Of a stretch of DNA of 64,000 nucleotides, positions 31,601 through 43,600 are shown piece after piece. Numbering within the stretch: position 1 is the first letter of the stretch; each line of letters opens with the position of its first letter. Both the position numbers and the translations under genes were made by a program. Source of the stretch: an uncultured Gemmataceae bacterium (GTDB lineage: Bacteria > Planctomycetota > Planctomycetia > Gemmatales > Gemmataceae); contig CAVVPN010000011.1 in assembly GCA_963750165.1 (NCBI GenBank), positions 2,048,001-2,112,000 of the forward strand, in the 5' to 3' direction. The notes under the pieces are model-generated. The model saw nothing but the letters and a program-made list of their open reading frames with translations, did no database searches and was not told the origin of the DNA.

Positions 31601-34600
31601 GGGCGTCAGGGTGAAGGTGATATTGCCACCGCCCGCGGCGCTGGCGACGGGGAGGCCGTTGGCATAAAGGACAACGGTGGTGCCGGCCTCCGCCTCGGAT
31701 GTCTGGAAGACCAGCGTGCTCGCACGGGTGACGAAGCCGCTGCCGCCATTCGGTACGAGGATGCCGGCGGGCGTTGTCAGTGGCGCGGGGGCGGCAGGCG
31801 GTGTGGTGTCGAGCGTGAACGAGACCGTGCTCACCGGCGAGACGTTGCCGAACTCGTCGGTCGCCACCACGCGCACCGAGACGGGGCCGTCGGGGATAGG
31901 GCCGCCCAGGATCGACACGAGGACCGAGGGGGTCAGCGTGAACGCTCCTTCGACGAGCGACGACAGGCTGCCGACGAACGGCGCGCCGTTGACGCTCACC
32001 TGGAAGGCGACGATGCGGCCGGCGTCGGTGACCGTGCCGGCGACGGTCGGGTTGCTGGTCAGGCCATCGGTCGCGGAGGAGCCGGTGTCGTTGACCAGGT
32101 GCATGCTGACGGCCGGCGGCGTCGTGCTGGCCGTGTGGCTGAAGAAGGTCCCCGACTGCTCGCTGGTGTTGCCGGCCGCGCTGACCGCCTGGACGCGGAA
32201 GAAGTTGGTGCCGTACATGACCGGTACGCCGGTCAACTGGAAGTTGCCGGTGGCGTCCGCCTGGACCGTCTCGGCGGGGACGGCGGCCGTGGTGCTGCGG
32301 TAGAGGTTGACGGTCGCCAGGGGCGATGTCGTGCCCACCAGCTTCACCTGGCTGGCTCCGGGCGTCGGCTCCATGACCGTCCAGGTCGGCTGCACCGGCG
32401 GCGTCAGGTCGATCGTGAACGTCAGCGTCGGCGAGGCGGCGCTGACGTTGCCCGCCACGTCCACCGCTTTGGCGTAGACGGTGTGCGTGCCCGCGGTCAG
32501 CGGGCCGACCTTGGCAGTCACCTGGCCGACGGACGCGATCGGACCGACCAGGCTGCCGTCGAGGTAGAAATCGACCTGGGTGCCGGCGGTGCTGGTGGCG
32601 GCGAGGCTGAACATGGTCTGGTTCGTGAGGTTGCCGAGCTGCTGCGTCCCGGCGGCACTGGTCAGGACCAGACTCGGCTCGGACGGGGTTGCCGGCGTCG
32701 CCGTCAACAGGGTGAGGCTGACCGTGACCGGCTGCGACTGATTGCCGAACGGGTCCGCGGCAACGACGGCAACGGTGTGGGCGCCGTCGGGGAGCGTGCC
32801 GCCCGCGGCCTGGGCCAGCAGAGCCGGCGTCAGCCGGAAGGTGCTCCCGGTCACGGCGGCAACATCGTCCACCTGCGCCAGACCGTCCACCGACACCCAC
32901 AGGTGGGCGGTGGGGTAAGCGTCGTTGATGGCGCCCACGATGGTCGGGTCGGAGGTGATGCCGTCAGACAGGGAGATGCCGGTGTCGTTGGCCAGACTGG
33001 CGGCCACCTGCGGCGGGGTGCTCGTCGGCGCCGGCAGCAGCACGGTGGTCGTCGCCGTGCGTGTGTTGCCCAGGAAGTCGGCGGCCGTCATCGCGAACGT
33101 GGTGGTGCCATACGTCAGCGGCACGTTGGTGAACTTGAAATTGCCACTGTTGTCCGCGGTAAGCTGCTGGCCGGTGGCGAGCAGCCTCACCACGGCGCCG
33201 GGCGCCGTCACGCCGGCCAGGTCGATGGACGAGCCGGTCGCCTGGTTGCTGCTGGGCGACACGGCGGATTCGGGAGCCAGGCCAAACGAGGAGATGACTG
33301 GGGGCGTGGTGAGCACGGTGATCGTCAGGGGCGTGCTCGGGGCGCTGACGTTGCCGGCCACGTCCGTGGCGGTCATGGTGAAGGTGTAGGTGCCGTCGCC
33401 GAGCAGGCTGACGTTGATGCTGAAATCGGCCGTGCCCTGCGTGGAGGCGATAACGCTCCCCTGGGCCGTGCCGCTGCTGTAGAGCGTGACGAGGCTGCCG
33501 GGCGTCGCTGTCGTTTCGACGGTGAAGGTCGATTTGTTGATGTATCCCCCGGTGATGGGGCTGCCGCCGGGCACCAGGATCACCGGCGTGGTCGGCGCCG
33601 GCGGCGGGGTCGAGAGGACGTTGAAGTCGATCTCCTGGGTCGGCGTCACGTTGTTGAAGCGGTCGGCAGCGGACAGCACGAACCGGTGCGGGCCGTCGGT
33701 CAGCGGCATGCCCGTCATGGTGGCGATGTCGGTCAGGTTCATCATGAGCCCGCCGGACGAGTTGATGTCGGACAGCAGGTTGACGGGGGCGGACCCGTCC
33801 ATCGACAGGGTGAAACTCATCACGCCGCTGGGATCGGTGACGGCGGCCAGGAACTGCCCGCTGGGCTGCACAAAACCGTCGGGGGGCGCGGAACTGCTGT
33901 TGGCCGGCATGACCGCCGCCACGAGGGTCGGCGGGTAGACATCGGTGGTCTTGCCCAGCTGGCGGTACGCGAGCAGATAGTCGTTGCGGTTGATGACGCC
34001 GTCGCCGTTGAGGTCGTACATCGGGTTGTAATTGGCACTCCCCCGCGTCGCGCCGTAGCGCTGCGTCAACTGGGTAAGGTCCGTTGAAGTGATGTAATCG
34101 GTGCCCAGGTAGTCACCGGTCAGCTGCCAGAACGGCAGCGGCAGGTAGTCGGCGGAGAAGAACGAGCCGCCGGCATCCATCGTGACGGCGCGGTTGGCGG
34201 CGCTGGCCACGGCCGCCTCGCGGATCTGCACCGCGAATTGCCCGTCGCCGGGGAGCAAGCCATCGACGTTGATGGTCAGCGTCCACGTTTGTTCGTTGTA
34301 CGAGTAATTTTTGGCCGGGATCGTCATGGCCTGGCCGCCGGCGCTGACCACCTGCACGTCCAGCACCTGATCGTCGATCACGACATCCTGGTTGAACTGC
34401 ACGGCCAGCGTGTAAATGTGCGAGCGCTGCACGGCCCCACCGTTGATGACAAACGACTGCACACTGACGGGCGTGCTGCCGGCGGCGGCGTTGATGGCGA
34501 CCGGCAGCGACGCCGACACCGACGCCTGGGCGCCGGTGGCCTGCACGGTGGTGGTGGCCGTGACGGTGAGCGTGAAGGAGTCGGCGTACCCGGCCGGCGG

Positions 34601-37600
34601 GTTGAAGGTGAGGCCCGACAACATGGCACGCGTCAGCCGGTAGTGTCCGACACTGACGATGGTGCCGGCGGAGAGCGTGGCGCCGGCCGGCAATCCGGAG
34701 ATGTCCACCGTCACCAGATCCGAGTTGACCGTGTCCTGCGGCACCGCGGTGATGCTCAGCGGGATGGGCGTGTCCTGGTTGCCGTTGGCCGGGGCGACCG
34801 TGAGGGTCGGCGCCACGGCGACCGGCGTCACCGTGACGGTGACCGGCGTCGCGTTGGAAAGCAGGCCATCGATGTTGCGCACGCGGTAGTTGAAGGTGTC
34901 GGTTCCTCGGAAGTAAGTGGCCGGCGTGTACAGCACCTGGCCGGTGGTCAGGCTCACCGTGACCGTGCCGTGCTGCGGGGGCGTGGTGATGACCACGGTG
35001 GTCGGGTCGAGGACGGACCCGGGGGCGGTGTCGTTCTGAAGCACGGCGACGCTGACCGCGGTGTTCTCCGGCGTCGTCACCACGTCGGCGTTGGCCACGG
35101 GGTTGTGCAGCGCGTCGGCAGTGACGAGGATGTCGTCGAGGGTCACCTGGCTGCCGGCGGCGCCGAAGCCGAGCAGGTCGAACGACAGGACGGCCAGTGT
35201 GCCAGGCGCGACGCCGCTAATGTCCAGTTCGATCACGCGGGAGCCAGTGTTTTGGCCCGTGTTGACGATCGTGACCTGCGGGCTGCTGAAGACGGTGCCG
35301 TCACTCTGGACGTTGAGGAAGGCGTCGGTGTTGCCCAGGCCGGCCGCCGTCTGCGTCAGCGGCTGGAGCGAGTGGGCGTCGAGCAGGGCGGCCTCGAAGG
35401 CGTCCGGCGGCTGGTTGGCGGCGGTCCCCAGTGCGGCCGAGACAATCGTGAAGCGCAGCGTGGTCACCCCGGACGGCACGAAGAACGGCTGCGTCAGTGC
35501 CGTGCTGACCTGGCCGCCCTCCTGGAGCGTCGCCGCGCCGCTGGCGACCGTTACCTGGCCGCGCTCCGTCCAGCCGAAGCCGGACTGGCTCGGGTCCGTG
35601 ACGGTGAATTGGCCGTTGGTGATGCCGAAGCCCGGGTTGGTGAGTGGGGCCAGCGGGATCGGGGCGGGCGTGGGAACGTTGGGCGGACTGCTGCTCTGAA
35701 TGGGGTGCAGCGACTGGCCCGAGGCGGTGCCGCCGGAACCACCGCCGGTCGTGCCGCCGCCGGTCGTGCCGCCGCCCGAGGTCGGTGTCCAGACGGTGCC
35801 GTTGCTGCGGGCGAAGTAGGCCGGGAAGACTGGCGCTGCGCTGTCGGCGGTGAAGCCGTAGTTGTACGCCAGCAATTGACGGTCGGCGGAGTCGATGGCG
35901 CCGCTGGCGTCGAGGTCGGCGGCGAAGCTGTAGTTGGCATCGCCCGAGAGGCTGCCGAAGGCGGTAGCCAGTAGCGCGCTATCGCTCCCGTCCACCTTAC
36001 CGTCGGCGTTGATGTCGCCGGCCACATCGACGCTGACGGTGTAGCCGCCGTGGTCGGTCTTCGTCGCGCCGAGGACGCGCAGCAGATAGGTGCCGCCGGT
36101 CGTGACCTGGAACAGGGCGACGGTGCGGTTGCCATCGACGTAACGCGCCAGCGGCTCAAGGCCGACCACGTCCGGCGTCGCCGCCACGAACAGGCTGGCG
36201 TCGCGCGCAATGACAACACGCACGATGACGCTGCCGGTGTTGGTGCTGTGGACTTCGGCGTCGCTGAGGGAGAAGGAGTAGTCCTGCTCGCCGCCGCGGG
36301 GCATGGTCTGCGTGATGGGATGGCCATCGAACTGCAGGGCATCGCCGAAGTCGCCGGTAAGGGGGACGAGCTGGGGCGGCTGTCCCGGCAGGTAGGCCGC
36401 GCTGACGCCAGCTGGGCGGGAGGCAACGCTGAGCGTGCCAAGCGTCGCGTCGTAGCCATAGCGGTCCAGCACGCCGCGCGTGCTGCTGACCACCTCGGCG
36501 AGCTGGCCGGCGGCATCGTACACGTAGTTCACCGTCTCGCCGTTGGGGGCCTGGATGGCGGCGATGCGGCCCTCGGCGTCCTTGACGAAGCGGATGGTCT
36601 CGCCGTCCGCCGCCGTGATGCCGCTGTCGCTGACGTGGAGCACGTGGCCGGTGGCGGTGATGGTCTCGGCAATGCCGTTGGCGCCGATCAGCGCCTGCGA
36701 CCCGTCGGGGGCGGTGAGCGTGTAGCCGGTCGGCCCGAAGAACGGATCGGACGGGTTGTACGCCCGGCCGGTCGCCTGGTCGTAGTAATCATTGCCGCCG
36801 CGGACCAGCAGCGTCCTGTCCGAGGCCAGCTGGTAGCTGACGCCGGCATCGGCCCGCCAGGCGGGGTAGTAGTAGGTCAGCTCGCTCGGCTGGCCGGGCA
36901 GGTTCACCGCGACGGGCTCGAAGGTGTAGCCGGCGCGGCTGCCGTCGGGCAGCGTCAGGTAAAGCCGCGTTCCCTGCTGCAGCGCAGGGTAGTCGCCGAG
37001 GGCCTCACGCCCGGTGAGGGTGAGGTTCGTCTGCAGGGCGACATCGCGGTTGACCAGGCTCCAGCCCGGGCCGAAGGTCGCGACCGCGGCAGGCGCCACC
37101 GAGTTGTACGCGCGCGTCACGCTAACGGTGGCGCCGTCCAGCGTGACGGTCAGGTCGGTGTCGGTGACCTGGACCGCGCTGGGCTTGGAACTGGTCTGCA
37201 CCTCAATGTCGGTTGTGGTGACCGACTGCCGGCCGGCGATGTCGGTGGCCGTCAGGCGCAACTGGTAGAAGCCGTTGGGCAGCGTGCCCGGGTCGATCTG
37301 GGCCAGGGCGCCGTCATTCACCGGAGTGTTGCCGCTCGCGATGGTGGTACTTGTCGCGCTTCCCAGGGTCGCGATGGCCAGCGACCAGGAGTCAAGGTTG
37401 CTGCTGGCCACCGTGCCCATCACGCTGGTGACACCGGCGAGCGGCGCCAGAGCCAACGAGGGATCGAGCGCCACCACGGGCGCCGTCATGTCGGTCGGGT
37501 CGAGCACCTTGAGGACAATCGTGGTGCTGCCGGTCAGCCCGTCGGCGTCGGTGGCAACCGCCACGAGGGTCATCTTGCCCGGCGTGCCGGCGGTGACCTG

Positions 37601-40600
37601 TCCCTTGCCCGTGGCGTCGAGGGCGACCGGCTGACCATCGAGGGTGAGGGTCACGCTGGTGATCGGCGCAACGCTGGAGGCGATGGCGTGGACCGTGACC
37701 ACCGTTCCCTGGGTGACGGGGAAACTCGGTGTCAGCACGATGGTCGCGCTCGGCGGCGTCGGTGTGACCGCCGCGTGGATCAACACCGACTGCATCGTCG
37801 AGAGCGTGCCGTCACTGGCGCTGAAGCGAACCACATAGTCGCCGGCCTGGGCCGGGCCGGGAATCCAGGTCACCAGGCCGGTGGTGGGGTTGAGCGTGGC
37901 CCCTTGCGGCAGGCCCAGCGCCGAGTAGGTGAGCACGTCGCCCACGTCGGGGTCCGTGCCGGCCGCGGAGAAGGTGAGCACCTGCCCGAGCGTCGCCTGG
38001 TGGTTGGGGATGTTCAACACCGGCGGCCGATCAACGTTGTCGATGTGGATCGGCACCTGGATCGCATCGGACAGCCCCGCCGAACTGGTCATCGTGAAGG
38101 TGATCGTGTAGTCGCCGGCCTGGGTGAAATCGGGCGTCCACTGGAACGCACCCGTGGCGGCAGTGAAGGTAGCGCCGGCCGGCACGTTGCTCGCTGTCAA
38201 CTGTGTCCTCTCGCCGCTCGGGTCGGCGCCGACGACGGTGAAGTCCAGTTGCGTGTTCTCTCGGCCGTACTGCCGCGGCACCGGCACCAGGATGGGCGGC
38301 AGGGCGGTGTGGGTGACGACCAGGTTGAACGACGCGCTGCCGGCCTCGGCGCCGTCGCTGGCGCTGACGGTGATGGGGTAGGTCCCGGCCTGACCGTAGG
38401 CAGGCGACCAGGTGAGCTGGCCAGTGAGCGCGTTGAGCGTCGCGCCGTTCGGGAGTCCGGTGGCGCTCCACGTCAGCGGGTCGCTGTTGGCGTCGGAAGC
38501 CTGGAGCTGAAGGTTGAGCGCCGCCCCTTCGGCAACGGTCTGGTTACCGGGTGCGGTCACGACCGGGGTGTTGTCGGTCGTCCGCACGACCAGGGTGAAC
38601 GTCTGCGCCGCGCTCAGGGGTGGCGTGCTGCCGTTGGTCGTGTCAGTCACCTGCACGGTGACCTGATAGGTGCCCGCTTCCTGCGCGGTGGGCATCCAGT
38701 TGAGGACCGCCGTGCCGTAGCTCACGCCAGGCGTCAAGCTGGCGTCGGCCGGCAGGCCGCCGAGCGAAAAGTGCAGCGCGTCCTGGTAGATGTCGGACGC
38801 CCGGGCGGTCAACGTGAAGGCGTTGTCCACCAGCGCCACCTGGCCGTTGATCGGCGCGAGCTGCGGCGGGACGTTGGCCGAGACGATCGTGACCACGAAG
38901 GTGTACGTCGAGGTGAGCGCCGCCGCCGCGCCCTGGTTGCCGCCGGTGTCGGTCGCGTGCAGGGTGAGCGCGTAGTTGCCGGGCTGGTAGATGGTCGGCG
39001 CGAGGTGGAACACGCCGGTGCCGTCGCCGTTGTCGGTAAAGGTGACGAACGGCGGCAGCGGCATGTTGGTCAGCGCGTTGCTCGCGGCCAGCGTGAGCGG
39101 CTGGCCGTTCGGGTCGGTGACTGTCACCGGCACGTCCAGCACCTGCCCGCCGTTGATGCTCACGTTGCTGATCGGCGTGATCTGCGGCGGCCGATCAACG
39201 ACGCGCACACTGATCGGGATGGTGATCTGCACCGACAGGGCCGGGCTGTCGTCGCTGCTGTCGGTGGCGGTGACGGTGATGCTGTACTGCCCTGCCTGGG
39301 TGTAATCCGGGGTCCAGCTAAAGGTGGCGGTTTGCGGATCGTAAGCGGCCCCACGCGGCAGCCCGCTGACCGTGTAGGTGATCGGCGAGACGGCGCCCGG
39401 CGGGTTGAGGCTGCCGTCGGGGTTGCGCGTCGGCAGCACGAAGCCGGGATCGTGCGGGTCGGTGGCGTGGGTCTGGAAGGTCAGGCTCTGCCCCTCGCCG
39501 ACCGTCCAGCCCGGCTGCGGGTCGAACACCGGTAGCGCGGGGGCGACCAGCACGGTGAAGGTGATCGTCTGCGTGACCGTCAGACCGGTGCTGCTGGTGA
39601 CGGTGATGGGCACTGCAATCGGGCCCGAGAGATCGTAGGGAACGAGCCACTGGAAGCGGCCGGTGTTGGCGTCGAGGACGGCCCCTTCCGGCAGGGCGGT
39701 GGTGGAGTAGGTAACCGTGCCGCCGTCGGGGTCGCTGCCGGCGAAGTAGAGAATGAAGCCGTCCCCCTGGCGCACTGTGCGGTCGGGCGGCAGGGTCAAC
39801 GTCGGCGGATGGTTGGCGGGCGCGACCGCGACGGTGAAGGTCTGGCTGACCGTGCTGACGCCGTCGCTGACGTAAATGGTCACGCCGGGGTAGGTGCCGG
39901 CCGAGCCGACGGCGGGCGTCCAGGCGAAGGTGTGGGTGGTCGGCGAGAACGTGGCGCCCGGCGGGAGGTTGTCGGCCCAGTAGACGAGCGGGTCGCCGTC
40001 GGCGTCGGTGGCGCTGACCGGCACCTGCCACGACTGTCCTTCGGTGATCTGCAAGGTAGTCGGGAGCGGGCCGAGCACCGGCGGCGCGTTGCCGCCGGCG
40101 ACGTGGACCGTCCACTGCTGTTTGGTCCAGGCGCCGCGCGTGTCGAAGGCGTACAGGGTCACCGCCGCGTCGGCCGGGCTCTGCGCCGTGGTGGCCCAGG
40201 TGATGACGCCCGTCGAGGCGTTCACGGTCATTCCCGCCGGAGCCTGCTGCAACAGGTAGGCGACGACATTGCCCTGAGTGTCGGTGGCGATTGCCGGATA
40301 GGTGTACGTCTGGCCGGCGCTGACGTTCGCCGGCGGCGTGCTGGTGAAGACCGGCAGGGCATTGTCGGCGGGCGTGCCGATGACGCCGGGCTGGTAGTCG
40401 GCCGTCTCGAAGCCGGGCGTGACGATCTGGACGGTGTACGCGGTGGTCGATTGGCCCGGCGCCAGCTCGACGCCGCCGGGGACGTTGTTGTCCAGGCTGA
40501 TGATCCAGCGGCCGTCGCCGGTGACGCCGGCGGCGCCCTGCGGCGCCCCTGGACGTATTTCGCCGGGTCGAGCGTCAGGAGCAGCGGCAGCAGCAGGTCG

Positions 40601-43600
40601 AAGTCGGCGGTGTTGGTGATCGTCACCTCGTAGCTGAGCGTCTGCGTCGCCCGGTTGAGCTGCGTGTCGGTCAGGTGGATCGAGGCGTAATCCGAGACAT
40701 CGTTGACCGCGGTGAACGTGACGGCATACGGTGCCGCCAGCGGGTAGTTGTTCGTGCCCTTGATGGTATCGAGGATCGTCAATGTGTACTGTTCCGAGGT
40801 CAGCCCCTGGGCCTGGAGCAGGGCGGTGCGCGTCGAGGAGTCGTAGGTGACGCCCACGACCGTGGCGGCCTGGCCGTCGGCTCCGACCAGGGTGTAATTG
40901 GCCGGGTTGGTGACCGAGGCAGTGTCAGTCGTGCTGTCGGCGACCATGTTCTGATCGAAGGTCACCGTGAGCAGCGCCAGCGGCAGGGCGACGACCGCCT
41001 GATCGGGCGGGTTGGTGGCCAGGACGGCCGGGTTGGTGATCGGGTTGAGGACATCGACCTGCGCCGACTGGCTGACGAGCACGCGGCCGTCACTGGTCGT
41101 GAGGACCACGTCGCCGCGCGAGCCGCCGCTGGCGACGGGAACCTGCTGCATCGTGGCAGTATCGACCATTGTCAGGTCGCTGCCGTTGGACCCGCTGTTG
41201 TGGGTGATGAATAGCAGCCCCGCCAGCGCGGTGCCGGCCTGGCCGAAGGCAAGCGAATCGATGGGCGTGTCGAAGGTGAGCATGACCTGGGCGCGCTGGT
41301 GCGCGTCGAACTGCACGACCTGGGTGCGGTCGGGCCAGGTGGTGGCCCACAGCGTGCCATCCGGGGCGAAGGCCAGGCTGGCGACGCGCAGGTTGAGGTC
41401 GCGGCTGTAGGACGCGAATGTGTCGGTGGCCGGGTCGAAGGTGGCGACGCCGGTGGCGGTGCCAACATAGATCAGGCCGCTGGTGGGATTGACGGCCAGG
41501 CCCAGTTCGACAGCGTCACCGAACTGCCCAAGGATGGCCCCGGTGTTGGGGTCGAGCTGGAGCAGCGGGCCGCCGCCGGTTGTCGCCCAGAGATTGCCCT
41601 GCCCATCAAAGGCGAGGTTGTAGATCGGGAACGGCAGCGTGGCCAGCGGTGCCGAGACGGCGCCGCCGGTCTTGCCGACGTGGAACAGTTCGTTGCGGTC
41701 CGGGCCGCCGCTGACGAGGAAGGTGCCGTCGGGCTCCTCGGCCAGTGCCATTGGGCCGATGTTGCCCTCGCTCTGGCCGATGCCGGTCACGAAGGATTGC
41801 GCCTGGAACGGCGCCAGCACACGGGTGTACTCGGAAGCGTTCGCCGTCGGCGGCGCTTCCGGGACGCCCTGCTGCGCCTGCGTGAACAGCGGGTTGGTCG
41901 AGGGGGTTGCGACCGGCGGCGGCGGCTGGCCGAAGTTCGGCGGCGTCGTCGAAACGACCGGCGTGCTGCCGAGGTTCGACCCGGAACCATCGTCGGGCAC
42001 ACTCAGGCCAGCCGGCGGCTGCTCGTGGTTGCCGGCAACGTCGGTCGCCAGCGCCAGGAACTGATACCGGTGGCCGACCTGGCCCATGTAGATCATCTCG
42101 CCGGAGGCGTTGGGAAGGTCGCGCTGCCAGATGGTGTAGTTGCCGCCGTCTTCCGCCACGTACAGCGTCACCGTGGCGACGCCCGAGCCGCCCGTGTCGT
42201 CGGTCGCGTTCCACCTGAGGTCGTAGTTACCGGTGTTGGGAACCTGCGTGACGCTGAGCGTCGTGGTGGGAGCGGTGTTGTCGATGATCCAGGTGAGCGG
42301 CTGGGTGTCCTGCGGCGGGGCGTTGTCAAGGGCGGCGGTGGCCGTCGCGGTCAACGTCGTCCCGGTGGCCGCGGCCGGGTCGGCCTCAACGGTGTAGGTG
42401 ACGTAGCCAGCACCATCCCCCTGGGCGTCGTTGGGCGCCAGCAGCCCCTCGTTCGGGTTTTGCAGCAATTGGCCGGTGAGCGGGTCGATGGCCTGGATCA
42501 ACCACGTGGCCGCGTGGCTCGTGAGGTCCACACCGGCGCTGACGCGCAGGATGAAGCCGTTGGACTGCGTGAAGTCGAAGTCGCCCTGGAAGAGGCTGCG
42601 GCCGGCCGGGATGTTGATCGTGATGTTGCCGATCTTGATGTCGCCGAGCTGGAAGGTCTCGGCATCGACGTTCGGGTCGAGCGGCACGGTGATGCGAATC
42701 TGGTGTGTGTAACTGCTGGCCGACGGATCGTTCTGGAAGTTGACGGTGAACGGCAGCGCCTGGCTGACCGGCACGAAGCCGCCCGTCTCCACGGTGAACG
42801 GGCCGGTCATCGACGCCTCGCCGGCGAAGCTGCCGGCGTTGGCGTAATACTGATCGAGGTTGAGCGGGAAGAAGCTCTGCGTGTTGTCGGGCGTGACGCC
42901 GTTGATGGCGTAATCGGCCGGGATGCCGTTCGCGCGCAGGCCCCAGCTGACCCACGGCACGTAGACGTTGAACGACTCGAACGTCGTCGGCAGCGAGGTG
43001 CCGAGGTTGTACTGGCTGTAGGTCGGCAGGTCGGGGATGGGGTTGGCGTTCTGCAGCAGGCCGAAGATGCCGAGCGAGTTGCTGGTGAAGCTCGGGGGCG
43101 GGTTGGTACTCGGCGCCGTCACGCCGGGGGTGTTGCCGTACCAGGTCTTGACCTCGTTGAAGAAGTCGCTGAGGCTGCCGTCGGTGATGATCTGCTGCCC
43201 CGCGGGGCCGGCGAGGATGCCCGTGGCGAGGGTGGCCACGGCGCTGATGACTTGTGGTTCGGTGCTGATCGGCGGCGCGGTCCCGGTGGGTTGCAGGATG
43301 CCGGTCTGTTCCAGCGAGGCCAGGTACATGTCTTCCCAGGTCGATTGGTCGGCGGCCAATGTGGTCAGCGCCGTTGAGGCGGTCGGGTCCGCCAGGATGG
43401 CCGTGCGCAGCTGGTCGGCCTCCTGCAACTGCATGGTGACGAACTCGTCGGTCGTCAGTGACGTGGCGGCGGCCACGATGTTGAACTGGAACGGCACGAT
43501 CGGGATCTGCAGGAAGTTCGGCACGTCGCCGAAGGTGCTCCAGATCGCGTACAGGCCCGGGTAAATCTTGTCGAGATCCTGCGGGCCGTCCTTGAGGATG

